A stretch of DNA of 64,000 nt. It comes from Tubulanus polymorphus (taxonomy: Eukaryota > Animalia > Nemertea). A program made the translations under genes and the position numbers. Below, piece by piece: positions 38,770 to 50,419 of the stretch; positions within the stretch are counted from its first letter, which is position 1, and every line of letters begins with the position of its first letter. The notes beneath the pieces were generated by a model that saw only the letters and a list, made by a program, of their open reading frames with translations, made no database searches and had not been told where the DNA came from. The stretch lies in NCBI RefSeq assembly GCF_964204645.1, contig NC_134025.1, positions 17,769,101-17,833,100 of the forward strand. The letters are read 5' to 3'.

Positions 38770-39192
38770 TTTACAGTCAATGATAATTTCAGCAGGGCAA
38801 ATACAAATATTCCTCCCAAAACCAAAATTAACTAAAGATTTCACAGAAATCAATCTTGAAATACAATTCTAAAATAAAACCCGGAATAAAAACAGTAGAC
38901 GATACCACAGGTTCACATCAAAACCTGCTGATTTCTGCCGCCAAGCCTATCAGAGAGGAGTCTTAACTTTCTGATTGGCTCTTTAAAACCAATATTTTCC
39001 TGAAGAAGCTTATATGAATTTTAACAAGGCCCTTTTTCAAACTTCAGCTTGCTAGGATTTGGAGAATGGATAATGCTTTAAAAATTAATTTGTATGAGTA
39101 TATGCTCAGTTTAAGAGCCTAAGCTCTGGAAACCATGTCATTTACATTTGCTCCATTTGTATAGTAATAGGCTTTGCCTACGGCTGGCCTTA
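38770..39192 (-). repeat. HINE-like family B fragment
   Basis: Matches 6895-7040 and 7800-8064. Ends GTAATAGGCTTTGCCTACGGCTGGCCT. Confidence 0.75.
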
Positions 39193-39254
39193 AAGCATCC
39201 TCGCTTGCCAGGGGTCTGGTATCACTCCCGGGCTCTTTCCACCAGCCCCCTGGG

Positions 39255-39820
39255 CTGTACAACATCAGTTTTGCAGCCTCTGGACGGAGGTATAATCAAA
39301 AATCTCAAGGTACATCGTCGTAAACTTTAGTGCCAGAAGCGCTTAGCATACAATGAGGAAAAACTGAGTTCAAGTGGAATTTTTTAGATGCAATGTATGC
39401 AATTAAATCTGCATGGGAAACTGTTCCTAAAAGAACAATTCGTAACTGTTTCGCCGCCCCTGGATTGTACCTGTACAAGGACCACCAAATAAACCTCAGA
39501 AACAGTCATCTAAATCATGACGACATCAAAATCTTTGGGAAACTTTTGCATCAGAGTTGATCCAAACAAACTCGGACGGGGAATTCTGCAACATATTCGA
39601 AGCTTTATCATCACCCATCATAAGGCTGACGTTAATGAGGATCCTGAACCAAAAACCTCCTGTATCGAGGGCTAATACTCTGTCCTCAATTAACTGTGAA
39701 ACGATGTTTTTCACAATCTTATGAAACAGAAGATCGTCACTTCACGAACCTAAAATTTGAGAAAATGATTAACAGGAAAACAGCAACAAGACAGACATCA
39801 ATTCTGGACTTCTTGCAGAT
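39255..39820 (+). pseudogene. pogo/Tigger transposase C-terminal remnant
   Basis: TTSVLQPLDGGIIKNLK, LDAMYAIKSAWETV...TIRNCF and a terminal QTSILDF motif. Confidence 0.8.
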
Positions 39821-39859
39821 ACCTCAGATAAATCTTTACCTTCAGTCTAATTGATTTCA

Positions 39860-40407
39860 ATGCGGTATTGAATCGAATTTTCTGAAATTTGCTCAATAAA
39901 ACAAAATTGAATTGGATTTGATATCTTTTGCAGAATCAAATTTGATTGAAATGCTGTTTGAGCACATGGCTAATTAGCACATCAAGGTCATCCATCCCAT
40001 TTGAGAAAAAGCTATATTTCGGACTTTGCATAGTATTTTCTGTAGTGCAAATAAAATATTCCTCCAAAAAACCAAATCAACTAAAGATTTAACAGAAATC
40101 GATCTTGAATAACAATTTTAGATCTTAAAAAAACCCGGAAGTAAAACGGTAGATGATACTGCAGGTTCACGCGAACACCTGCTGATCTCTGTGGCTAAGC
40201 CAATCATAGAGGAGTCTTTGCTTTCTGATTGGCTTTTTAAAACAGATATTTTTGCATTCAGATTTTCGTGAAAAAGCTAATATAAATTCAAACGAGGCCC
40301 TTTTTCAAAATTCAGCTTCACAGGGTTTGGAGAATGGTCTGGATGCCATGTCATTTAAATTCACTCCATTTGTCTAGTAATAGGTTCAGCCTACGACTGG
40401 CCAAAAA
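39860..40407 (-). repeat. HINE-like family B fragment
   Basis: Matches 6720-7040 and 7790-8064. Ends GTAATAGGTTCAGCCTACGACTGGCCAAAAAA. Confidence 0.75.
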
Positions 40408-41883
40408 ATCCAGCCTTTTAAATCTATGGTTATGATTTCCTCACATTCCGACTATTCAGAAATCCCCCCCAACTGGTTTACCGGTAATAGGATGTTTGAT
40501 TCCAAAAAAGAGAAACCCATTGTTGAGCTTTCCTTGGCAAGACAATAATATAGAGACATATTCCATGTATGGGAAATTCCACCTTTTGTTATCGTGGTAA
40601 CTTGAGCTTCGTAATATATTCCATTATTCAGATCCCTGTTGAATATAAAAACTAATCAGAGTATAGGAAATCTCTTGGTTTGTGAAAGAAACCTCCAAAT
40701 TGTAAAAATGATAGTATGGGAACCCCGTAGATTTCATTCGTTAGGTTGGGGAGCATAGTCTATGCACAATGTTCAATCAAAGACAACAATAAGGTCAGAA
40801 AAATGATACCTTGTTTCTCATTTATGAAGGGAAACTGTATGCCCTAAAGTGACCCAGCAAGCAGCATTCTGTTTCTATTTTTCCATTAAAAAAGTATGAA
40901 ATTTGACATATTTCCATCAGGCCAGCCTTTTTTAATTTAATTTAAAAACAGTTCCCACTGAAAATTCTTAAAATAAAAAAAAATTATAAGTACAGGATAT
41001 GGTTGCAGAATTTCTTACTGTTGTCAAATACCATTCTAGTAGGCCTGTATATTTTTATTTGACAGATGCTGGATCATTCATATCTATTCGCCATTAGAAT
41101 GGGAAGTTATGATTCAATCACGTGAAAATACTTATTAAGTGCTATGAATTAAAAATCTATAAGTAAATGAAAATATATTCCCCGAATCCAAGACCAGAAT
41201 CATCATCAGCATGAACAAAATATGAATTATCTTATATCTACAAACTAATTCTGGTTTATTTTTAAATTACAACTTCAAAAACAATGATTTCTTAAAAAAC
41301 AAGTATTCAAGTTATAATTGTTCGATAGCCCCCTTTGCAAACAGAAGAACACACATAATTTCTGGGTTGTCAGATTTTGCGAGAACACAAGATCAGTGAA
41401 AGAACACCGAAAGCCTGGTGAGCCGTTACCAGAAGAAATTCAGGGCTCCGTGATTATTTTGTGAGATTAGCTCTCCTCATTTAAACGAATGTTTAAAGGA
41501 GGAAATCACAGCGATTGCTCAAAACCGTGCATTAGGGCGCAATAGTAAAATATTGCATTTGTGTCCGACCTTAGAGAACAATTCATTATTGCGTTTTGCG
41601 ATGGTTGGTTAAAACATGCAGAGTTTCGAACATATAATGTGGATTATCCGGTTATACTACCTCGTAAACATTGGATTACTAAATTGATCGTGAGAGATTA
41701 TCATATTCAGGGTGACCATATCGCAGGTACAAATCACACCTTCGCTCTTGTTTCGTTGAAATACTGGATTGTTGTGAAGGTGAATGCATAGTTTGTAACA
41801 GGAGAACTGTTAAAGCGTCGAGCCATTTCAAGTTCAAGTTTATTTTCCATTTATATATGATTAACAAATTACAAAGTATACAT

Positions 41884-41890
<7 letters not shown>

Positions 41891-41958
<68 letters not shown>
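41891..41958. repeat. (AT)n microsatellite in the LINE 3' UTR
   Basis: Direct reading. Confidence 0.95.
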
Positions 41959-41962
<4 letters not shown>

Positions 41963-43110
41963 GGATGCATGGAAGCCATTATAAGCTGTAAACCCGAGAG
42001 TCCCATGCACACTGACAACAATACAATGCAAGTACAAGTGTTATGGTTGAGATGAAATGGAATGGGGCGGATGAAGAGAGAAATAGCCTGCCTAAAATTT
42101 GATTCCACAAATAGAACATTTTTATCAATGTTTAAAGCGACAATGAATTGGAGAATTATTATTTAAGAGTACGATTATTTTATTTCAATTGACTTCAATA
42201 AGAGGAAATTGTGATTTTCTTAAATCTATTTATCAGTGTTTTGATGCTTGGAGAACTTCTCAAGGTGTCTGTGCTGTTTTGCCATATCATTGGTACATTT
42301 TTCATACAGGATCTATTATATAAACTTGTGTTATGTAAGCCTATTCTGGGATGGTTTCTTTGGCGGGTGTTATAATTATGAGTAAATGAATTTCTATTAA
42401 ATATATCTAGGACCGGCGCCGGTAGTTTGGATTTGCAGAAGTTATATGCAGTTTTTAACATTTCAAGATTGATTAGATCATATAGCTTTAATATATTTAA
42501 TGATTTGAATGCGGGGGACGATGGTGAGCAAATATCTGAATTTTTGATCAAACGTACTGCTCTTTTTTGAAGGATGAATATTTTGTCTAGAGTAGATTTG
42601 GTAATTAGAGGAGCCCATAAGTTTAGGCAATATGTTAGGTGGCTTTGGATATAACTGAAGTATAGGATTCTTTTGGTCCAGGTTGGAACAAAATTTTTAA
42701 ATGTTTTAATCATGTATAGATTTTTATTGATTTTGTTAATTACGGTATGGGCATGTTCTTCAAAGGACAAATTTTCACTTATATTAAGACCAAGCAGATT
42801 GAAATTTTTTACATTTTTTACGGACTGATTGCCAAATTTCAGATTGATTTCATTATGATTAACTTTAAATGAATAAGGCTTAAATAACATATATGCTGTT
42901 TTAGTAAGGTTAAGGGTAAGCTTATTGGCTTTAAACTGATCTATAACAACATTTAGGTCATTTTTCATATTAGAAACTCGAACTTTAAGATTTTTATTAA
43001 TAACAAATAGTGTACTGTCGTCCGCAAAGAGAACAGCTTTACAATTTTTTAAATTTAGGGTCAAGTCATTGGTATAAATGATAAAAAGCAGAGGCCCTAG
43101 TATTGAGCCC

Positions 43111-43410
43111 TGTGGTATTCCATACTCAATGCTTCTCAACTCTGAATTATGATTTTTATATTGCACTAACATATTTCCATCTGTAAGATAGCTTTTAAAC
43201 CAATCTAAAGCTATTCCACGAACGCCATATATAATTTAATTTTTTGATAAGAATATTAATTGTGGTATTCCATACTCAATGCTTCTCAACTCTGAATTAT
43301 GATTTTTATATTGCACTAACATATTTCCATCTGTAAGATAGCTTTTAAACCAATCTAAAGCTATTCCACGAACGCCATATATAATTTAATTTTTTGATAA
43401 GAATATTAAT
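43111..43410. repeat. 150-bp exact tandem duplication within the LINE RT
   Basis: TGTGGTATTCCATACTC...AAGAATATTAAT starts at 43111 and again at 43261. Confidence 0.92.
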
Positions 43411-45539
43411 ATCGAGTGAGTCGAAAGCTTTAGAAAGATCTAAATATACACTTAGCATAAAGTTCTTTGTATCAATACTATTAATAGCATGACTCAAAAA
43501 TTCAGTCAAAGCATGACAGGTTGAGTGATTGGCTCTAAATCCGTATTGGCTTTAATAGAGTAAGTTATTTTTATTGACAAAGTCGTAGTCTTTTATGTAT
43601 GATCTTTTCCAGTAATTTAGATAAAACTGGTAGGAGGGATATCGGTCTATAATTATTGATGTCTTTTTTGTCTTTAGCTTTAAAAATTGGCACAACTTAA
43701 GCGGTTTTCATATTTGTAGGCAAGTGACCTTCACTCATCGACTTGTTGAATACAATTGTTAAAGGCATAGAAATCTCATGGGCAATTGATTTTATTAGTA
43801 TGTTATTCAAATTATCATGACCACAGCTAGTTTTGTAAGGTAGACTATTTATGAAAGTTTGAACTTCTTTTTGGTCCGTAGGAAGAAGAAATATTGAGTT
43901 ATTGTTAGATCGCTTTAAGTATACATCATAATTATTGGTAGGGTTCTGTATTTTTGAGGCAAATGACTTTCCAACTGTACTGAAAAAATCATTGAAAGAG
44001 TTACATATTTCTACAGGATCACTTATTACTTTTCCTTTAATTATGAAATTACTAGAAGTTACACATGTTTTATCATTTGCTTACCTATGACTGTTTTCAA
44101 TAAACTCCACAGCTTTCTTGCATTATTTTCAAACGATAAAATTTTGTCAGCGTAGTAGGTTTTCTTGGCCCTACGCATTATATAATTTAAGTTGTTCCGA
44201 TAATTTAAGTAGTTTACATATCGTGGGTGAGTTTTCTCAAGTCCTATTACTTTTTTATACATTTTATCATTAGTGCGCGAAGCTATACAAAGGCCTTTAG
44301 TCATCCAAGGTTCATTAATGTTAAGTTTTCTAGTGGTTTTAAGTTTGCAAGGAGATACTTCATCTACAGAATGTTTTATATTTTGGACAACAAAATCATA
44401 ACCGGCTTCACAGTTTAATTCTTGCAGAGTGTGCCAATTTATATTAGACAATTTTTGTTTTATTTTAATGACATTTGCATCAGATAAATCTCTATAATAA
44501 AACTGTTCATTGACTACTTTGGTTGTATGCTTTTGTGTATCAATTGTAGTGAGGCACGCAAAATGATCAGATACATGATTAGTAAGAATGTAGCTTTCAT
44601 AATTATTGAACTCTGAACTAATATATATGTTATCTATTAAAGTTGCTGTTTTAGAAGTTACTCTAGTTGGTCTTATGATAGTTGGTAATAAGTTATGACT
44701 AAGATTTGAATTTAAAAATTCTGCAGTGTTTTTATGCTGATTAATTTTAATTAGGTCAAGATTCTGGTCCATGCCTAATGTAGCGAGTTTATTTTCTCGA
44801 CTTATAGCTTCAAGCAAGTTGTTCTAGTCGGACAGGAATTCCATTTCACTTGTTCCTGGGATTCTATAGATCTCACCTAGTATTATATTTTTAGAGTTTA
44901 TTCTTTTTATTTCGAGGATACACGATGCAAACTGTCTTTCTTTAAAAATTGATAGATCACCTCGAATTTTAAAATCGATTTCATCATTTATATAGATTGC
45001 AACTCCTCCTCGAATTAGATTGGTGCGGTGCCTTTCTACAAAATTATATCTTGGTATATTATAAAGATCAAAATTTACATCGTTTAGAAATGTCTCGCAT
45101 AACATTATTACATCTTACATTTTGCTCCTCTTCCGCAGATTCAACTCAAATTATCATTGCAAGCGTTTGCGGGATCAGCCGTCGATTTCGCTAGACTGTT
45201 TATTACCATTCAGGGTCGAGGAAAATGCCGTAAAAACGATATCTCTGTTTATTCGCATGTTTGCTTTCCCGTGCGGTCCATCTTGAGATGGCTACTAGTT
45301 TAGATACTGATGCATTTTTAAACCTGTTTTATGGAATGGCTAGTCGTCGAGGAATGCCGTTGGAAATGTCATCAGGTAATGGGACAAACTTTGTCGGTGC
45401 AGCTCTTGTACTTAAGGAATTGGTTAGTTTGTTAGATGTGGATAGAATTCAACAGCGACAATCAACAGCGAATCGTGGTGTTAGGTGGAACTTTTATCCA
45501 CCCGCAGCCCCTCATTTCTGGGGTGTCCACGAAACAATG

Positions 45540-45735
45540 ACTAGGGGTCCGGGGACACCATGCCCACTTGGGAAGTGGTTTCAAATGCTCAACAATCTAA
45601 CAATTTCAATATTCAATGCCCAATCCAATGACCTTGAAACTCACCACAATCATAGGACCATGTCAGCAGTTACAATTTTGTAATTGATTGTGGTAAAAAA
45701 ATATGCCTACTTACCAATAAAATATGGATATACTA
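45540..45735 (-). repeat. Family A terminal fragment
   Basis: ACTAGGGGTCCGGGGACACCATGCCCACTTGGGAAG followed by a partial satellite unit. Confidence 0.8.
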
Positions 45736-45924
45736 TCAACCTCGGTTAATCTGTCTCCGGTTAAACCATATAAGTGCTTATTAAATAACTTGGTCCCGTT
45801 TTTCGGTAACGTTATTCCCTTCAAAATTCTGTGTCTTATTCGAACTCCATAATCCGTATTTTCAATTATTCCATAGACAAATGCATGGTCCCGTAGTCCA
45901 ATTCATACGTAAATGTATAATTCA

Positions 45925-47141
45925 ACTAGGGGTCCAGGGACACCATGCCCACTTGGGAAGTGGTTTCAAATGCTCAACAATCTAACAATTTCAACATTCA
46001 ACGCCCCCTGGTGACCATTTACAAAAACCAATGACCTTGAAACTCACCACAATCATAGAACATGTCACCAGCTACGATTTTGTAATTGATTGTGATAACA
46101 AAATATGCCTCGGAAATACTAAGTCATTCTACTATTCAACGCCCTCTGGTGACAATATTCAAAACCCAATGACCTCGAAACTCACCCCAATCATAAAACG
46201 TGTCATGAAATACAACTTTGCAATTGATCATGGTAACAAAATATGCCTAGGTACCAATATAATAAGGAAATACTAATTTATTCTACTATTCAACGCCCCC
46301 TGGTGACCATATAGAAAAACTTATGTCCTTAAAACTCGCTACAACTTTCCAATTGATTGTGGTTACAAAATATGCATATAATAAAGAAATGCTAAGATAT
46401 TGTATTATTCAACGCCCCCTGGTGGCCATATACGAAATCCAATTACCTTGAAACTCACCACAATCATAGAACACGTTATGAGCTACAACTTTCTAATTGA
46501 TTGTGGTAGCAATATACGCTTAGGTATCAATAAAATGTGGAAAAACTTTTTCCCATTTACGAATGAGTACTGGTGACACCAAGATGGCTGCCAATTGCGT
46601 CATAATTGGCTGATGAAAAATGCCTGTCTCAGGTATAACACATCCCTTTCCAAAGAATACCCATCACAAATTGTAATGAGAAATGGCAAACCAGTAGGAA
46701 GCTACAGGACTCAGAATTCGGGCCAAAATTAACATTTTTGGGCACTAAAAAGGTCATAGGACGGCCATCTTGAGTCCGACCGACCCAATTTTTGTTATGT
46801 TGATGGGCCCTGGGGGGATTCACATACATCCAAAAGATCAAGGTAATTGATCAAAGCGTCTTCAAAATTTCCCTCAAAAAGTTCAAAAATGTGTAAAAAG
46901 TGCTGATTTTGGCGAAAAACAATGGCTGCCAGTCGGCCATCTTGATTCTGACAGGGCCAGTTTTTAGGCTGAAGATGTGTCTAGGGTAGATACATGTGTA
47001 ACCCAAATATCAAGACATTACCTTGAAGCGTCTTCAAAACTTCCCAAAATAACTGGATTCCGTCTACGGACGGATGGACGGACGACGGACGAAAAGTGAA
47101 CGCAATAGCCCGCTGGGACTAAAGTCCCAAGTGGGCTAAAA
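45925..47141 (-). mobile_element. Complete family A HINE-like element (~1.2 kb)
   Basis: Subterminal inverted repeat GCCCACTTGGGA (~45947) / TCCCAAGTGGGC (~47125), terminal hairpins, ACGG microsatellite and satellite units, with A/T-run flanks and no TSD. Confidence 0.85.
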
Positions 47142-47744
47142 ATGGAGGAAAAGAGTGTGACTATGAGAAATTTGGCATTATATTCACCGTAACTTGTTAT
47201 GATGTGCATCCATCACTTCATGTGCCGTAGATATGCTAAAAATGGACGTATTTTCGACGTATCACCAAAATGCCAAGCACATGGCCATCTTAATTATTGC
47301 AACGACTGCGTATGTCTATTATGCATATAAATAGCCTCTATTACGCTTGCGCATTCCCGTAACTCTGTTCCTGGAAACGAGACGCTAGCCAGTTGCTCGT
47401 AAAAACGCGCACCGGTTCACTGGTTCAGCGTCACTTGCAAATACAGTGTGAACGGCTGTTATCAGCGGGGCCTTTGATCTAATCGCTGGTGCACTGTCCT
47501 TCGGCCCAAGTATAGTATACAACGAAATAGTGCAATGCGCAAGGTGAATAAGTAGTGATTCGGTCCTGTATTATTCGATCTCAGATCAACAGGTCTACAC
47601 GTCGATTTTAGCCAATAACCGAAAATGAAATGTAGACCTGTTAACCTGTTTACAATTCCAGCACAAAAAAACATTAAAAAGAAAATAAATGGAAAGACGG
47701 CGAAAATATTTTAACACAATTGTTTCGTTTATTCAAAATAATGT

Positions 47745-49999
47745 TTATTTCACAGGGTACTTACTGGCTTGCAATATTCTCAAGCAGCTTGTAATAAACA
47801 TCACCATTTTTGGAACCAAAACGATAACGGTACATATACTCATCTAAGTATCAAGGTAGCTGACTGGACAAACAACCATGGCGCTGTTTGATTTTCCCCT
47901 TAACATGGCCCCAAATTCCTTCTATAGTATTGGTACATACGCCCTCAACACTTTTGAATTCCTTGGAGTGATTCACTGTACCATGCTTGTATCCTAGTTT
48001 CTGGAGGCTATTATACGAAGACCACATATCAGAGAACACAGTAGCCCCACTTTTAACCACTTCATTAATAATGGGCAGTAGCATATTTGCGATGATACGA
48101 TGTGCAATTCCAAATTACGAGTACCTCACTGACACAAGCCAAACACCCAATTTCGTTGTTTTCCAGTTCCCCGATGATACTTGGCTTTCTTCCCAAATAG
48201 GCTTTCGTCTATTTCTACAATACCATCTGAACAATCACCATTCATCTCAACTGGGTTTTTTATGAGAGCAGCGGACATAATCTCCTGTAAAAAATGGTAG
48301 TGGTCCATCACAGTCTTTTTACCAATGTCGGGATCCTCTTTCATCATTTCGGATTGTTGCAAGTCGATACCAAATGCGTAATTATAAACACCAGGGTTTC
48401 CAATTTTAATTTTGACTTGGAGAAATATGACCCGGTTCTGAGCGATTTCGAGCATTGACAACTCTTACAATACCATGCCACGCCATCAGATGTGTTCCCA
48501 CGTGGAGTCAATGACATATCAATGCAACATGTCTGAAACAGATGACAATTTATCATTAAAGGGGCACTGCACTCAGCAGATTGTTTATTCTATATTACCA
48601 CCAGATTTTGAAAACTTGTAGACCTGTAGAATGTAGACTTTCAACAATTATGTATCTAATATGCCATGTAACCGCTATGTTTATGTAATATTGTTTTGTT
48701 TTTCTTTTCATCTCGAGACCACATATAACATGGTTCCTACAGATTGGTCTTTCCAGAATTTTAGGGTTTTTTTAGGGGTTTTTTAGAAGATATTAACCTA
48801 AATTTTAGGGGCCAATTATAATTATCGACACTTTTTTCCTACTGAAACTAACAACAAAAATCAAAAGCATATAACCATATGTATTAACAAAACCCATATT
48901 TATTCTGCACTGTGTTCAGATACACAAAAGTTACAACGATATTCCTCACGACTGCTAAGAGAAACTATTCGATACTAAAGTGTAATATCCAGTTCATAAA
49001 TTTTGCTTGAATAATGTTCAATTAATTGGCTAACTTAGGGATTTGTTCAATTATGAGTAATTTGTCTATTGGTTTAATTAAGAGCCTGAGGTTTGTGGCC
49101 AGTTAAAAAACCGTTTAGTGTATATGACTAGTAGGCCTACTTAATTAGTGCTTTAAATACAATAAGCAGGAGGTGATTGGATAGTCTCTCTATCACCTCC
49201 CTGGTTAGTCAACAGTTCCTTCACTAGCCAGTACATTTAATAATAATAGGCCTTTAGTGTCTGTGTGCTTGCATCTAATCTAAATTACATCTACAATGAC
49301 CAGTGGAAACAATGAGCTGAATTGAGCTACTAACTTTAACACAATTCAAAGGAATATAAAAGCCCACTATGATGTTTCACATACAGCATCACATTCAAAA
49401 ATGATCCTAAGATTTTTTACGGAGATGATTTCCAGAATTTTAGGGGTATTTTAGGGGCCTGAGGTTCAAAAGCCAGAATTTTAGGGTATTTCTCCCCTAA
49501 AAAATGGAATTCCGGAATTTTAGGGTATTTTAGGGGCTGTAGGAACCATGTATAATGTCCCCGGACGATTTGTGGTCGTCCATTCTATATTGTAATTTTT
49601 ATGATCATTATAAAATTTCAATGGTTAAAAAAAACTGCCCAGGGGTAACACAGATCATGATCAATTGTATTTCGATAATTACTTTAGCCAAAATATGATG
49701 TCATGGCTTTGATAACTCGGCTTTAGATTAAGTTTCCACAGAGAAATTAATGATTTTGTTACACATTCAATTCCAATACAGAAAAGAATCAAACACTGAT
49801 TTTCCACAATGATTGAACAAGTAACATTTACTGAAAAACGTACCTTACACATGGATTTGGATGCAAGAAGTTTATGGGACATCAAATATTTCCGACAACT
49901 TTCTACAGATGCAAGGCTTTCGGGAACCAATTTTATCACACCAGGGGCTGGCGCATTTTCCACATTTCCAACCGATGAACTATTGCTTTCCTCCGCCAT
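47745..49999 (-). pseudogene. Merlin transposase, exon 1 49999-49844 and exon 2 from 48532, with stops and frameshifts
   Basis: Splicing yields MCK|TC...SDGVAWYCKSC (Zn ribbon). Also VEIDESLFGKKAKYHRG, WVFG, VFSDMWSSY, HGTVNHS, TNTIEGIW and YLDEYMYR. Confidence 0.9.
48729..49550. mobile_element. Second copy of the CATGGTTCCTACAG MITE, 5-bp TSD TATAA, in the Merlin intron
   Basis: Perfect 14-bp TIR with TATAA on both sides. Near-identical to 19246-20077. Confidence 0.93.
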
Positions 50000-50231
50000 T
50001 TAAGACAAATTGATAAACATATATAACTATTTTATCATGAGGCCAATTATTTTACAATGTCGTGGGCGTTCGCAAGGCCGTCACCACATGTTATTCGCCT
50101 CGGATAAGCATTCATAATTGCGAATATGCCCATTCAAAATCGGATTAGCTGGATTCCATGCCGTCGTTATTTCCTCTTGTCATATTTGAACCCGGTCAAT
50201 CGTCTTCCACCAATCAGATGGCCGTATTTGC

Positions 50232-50383
50232 TGTCGATATTTCCTCGATATATACAACTACGTCTTTATAGTACGAGAACACCGTTTATTCTGCCTAATC
50301 CCGCCAACCCCGGTGAGCGTTGGCGCATGGAAAATATATGAAAGTTAATCTACCGTTTCAATGACTAAATCATATCTCCAACA
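50232..50383 (-). repeat. 3' LTR of BEL/Pao
   Basis: TGTCGATATTTCC...CTCCAACA, direct repeat of 55873-56024. Confidence 0.95.
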
Positions 50384-50419
50384 CTCTCCGGGGGTGAACG
50401 AGTTACATAATATTAATTA

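Larger units (their letters stand above)
41826..45108 (-). mobile_element. 5'-truncated CR1/L2-type LINE (endonuclease + RT), related to the LINE at 1950-9740
   Basis: LCETFL, GGVAIY, MDQNLDL, SDHF, EPWMT, GIPQGSILGPLLF, LFADDS and HNYNTRQ. The 3' tail reads AATAAA-CTTGAACTTGAA on minus. Confidence 0.9.
41360..45540 (+). pseudogene. Old BEL/Pao pol (integrase) remnant in two pieces (~41360-41825 and ~45110-45540), split by a LINE
   Basis: YPVILPRKHWITKLIVRDYH...KYWIV, then RYLCLFACLLSRAVHLEMATSLDTDAFL, NGTNFVGA and PPAAPHFWGVHE. Confidence 0.85.

Noticed and set aside
40410-41350. Possible host exons in unique-looking sequence (also 62300-63200)
   Set aside because: No supportable ORF or splice model.
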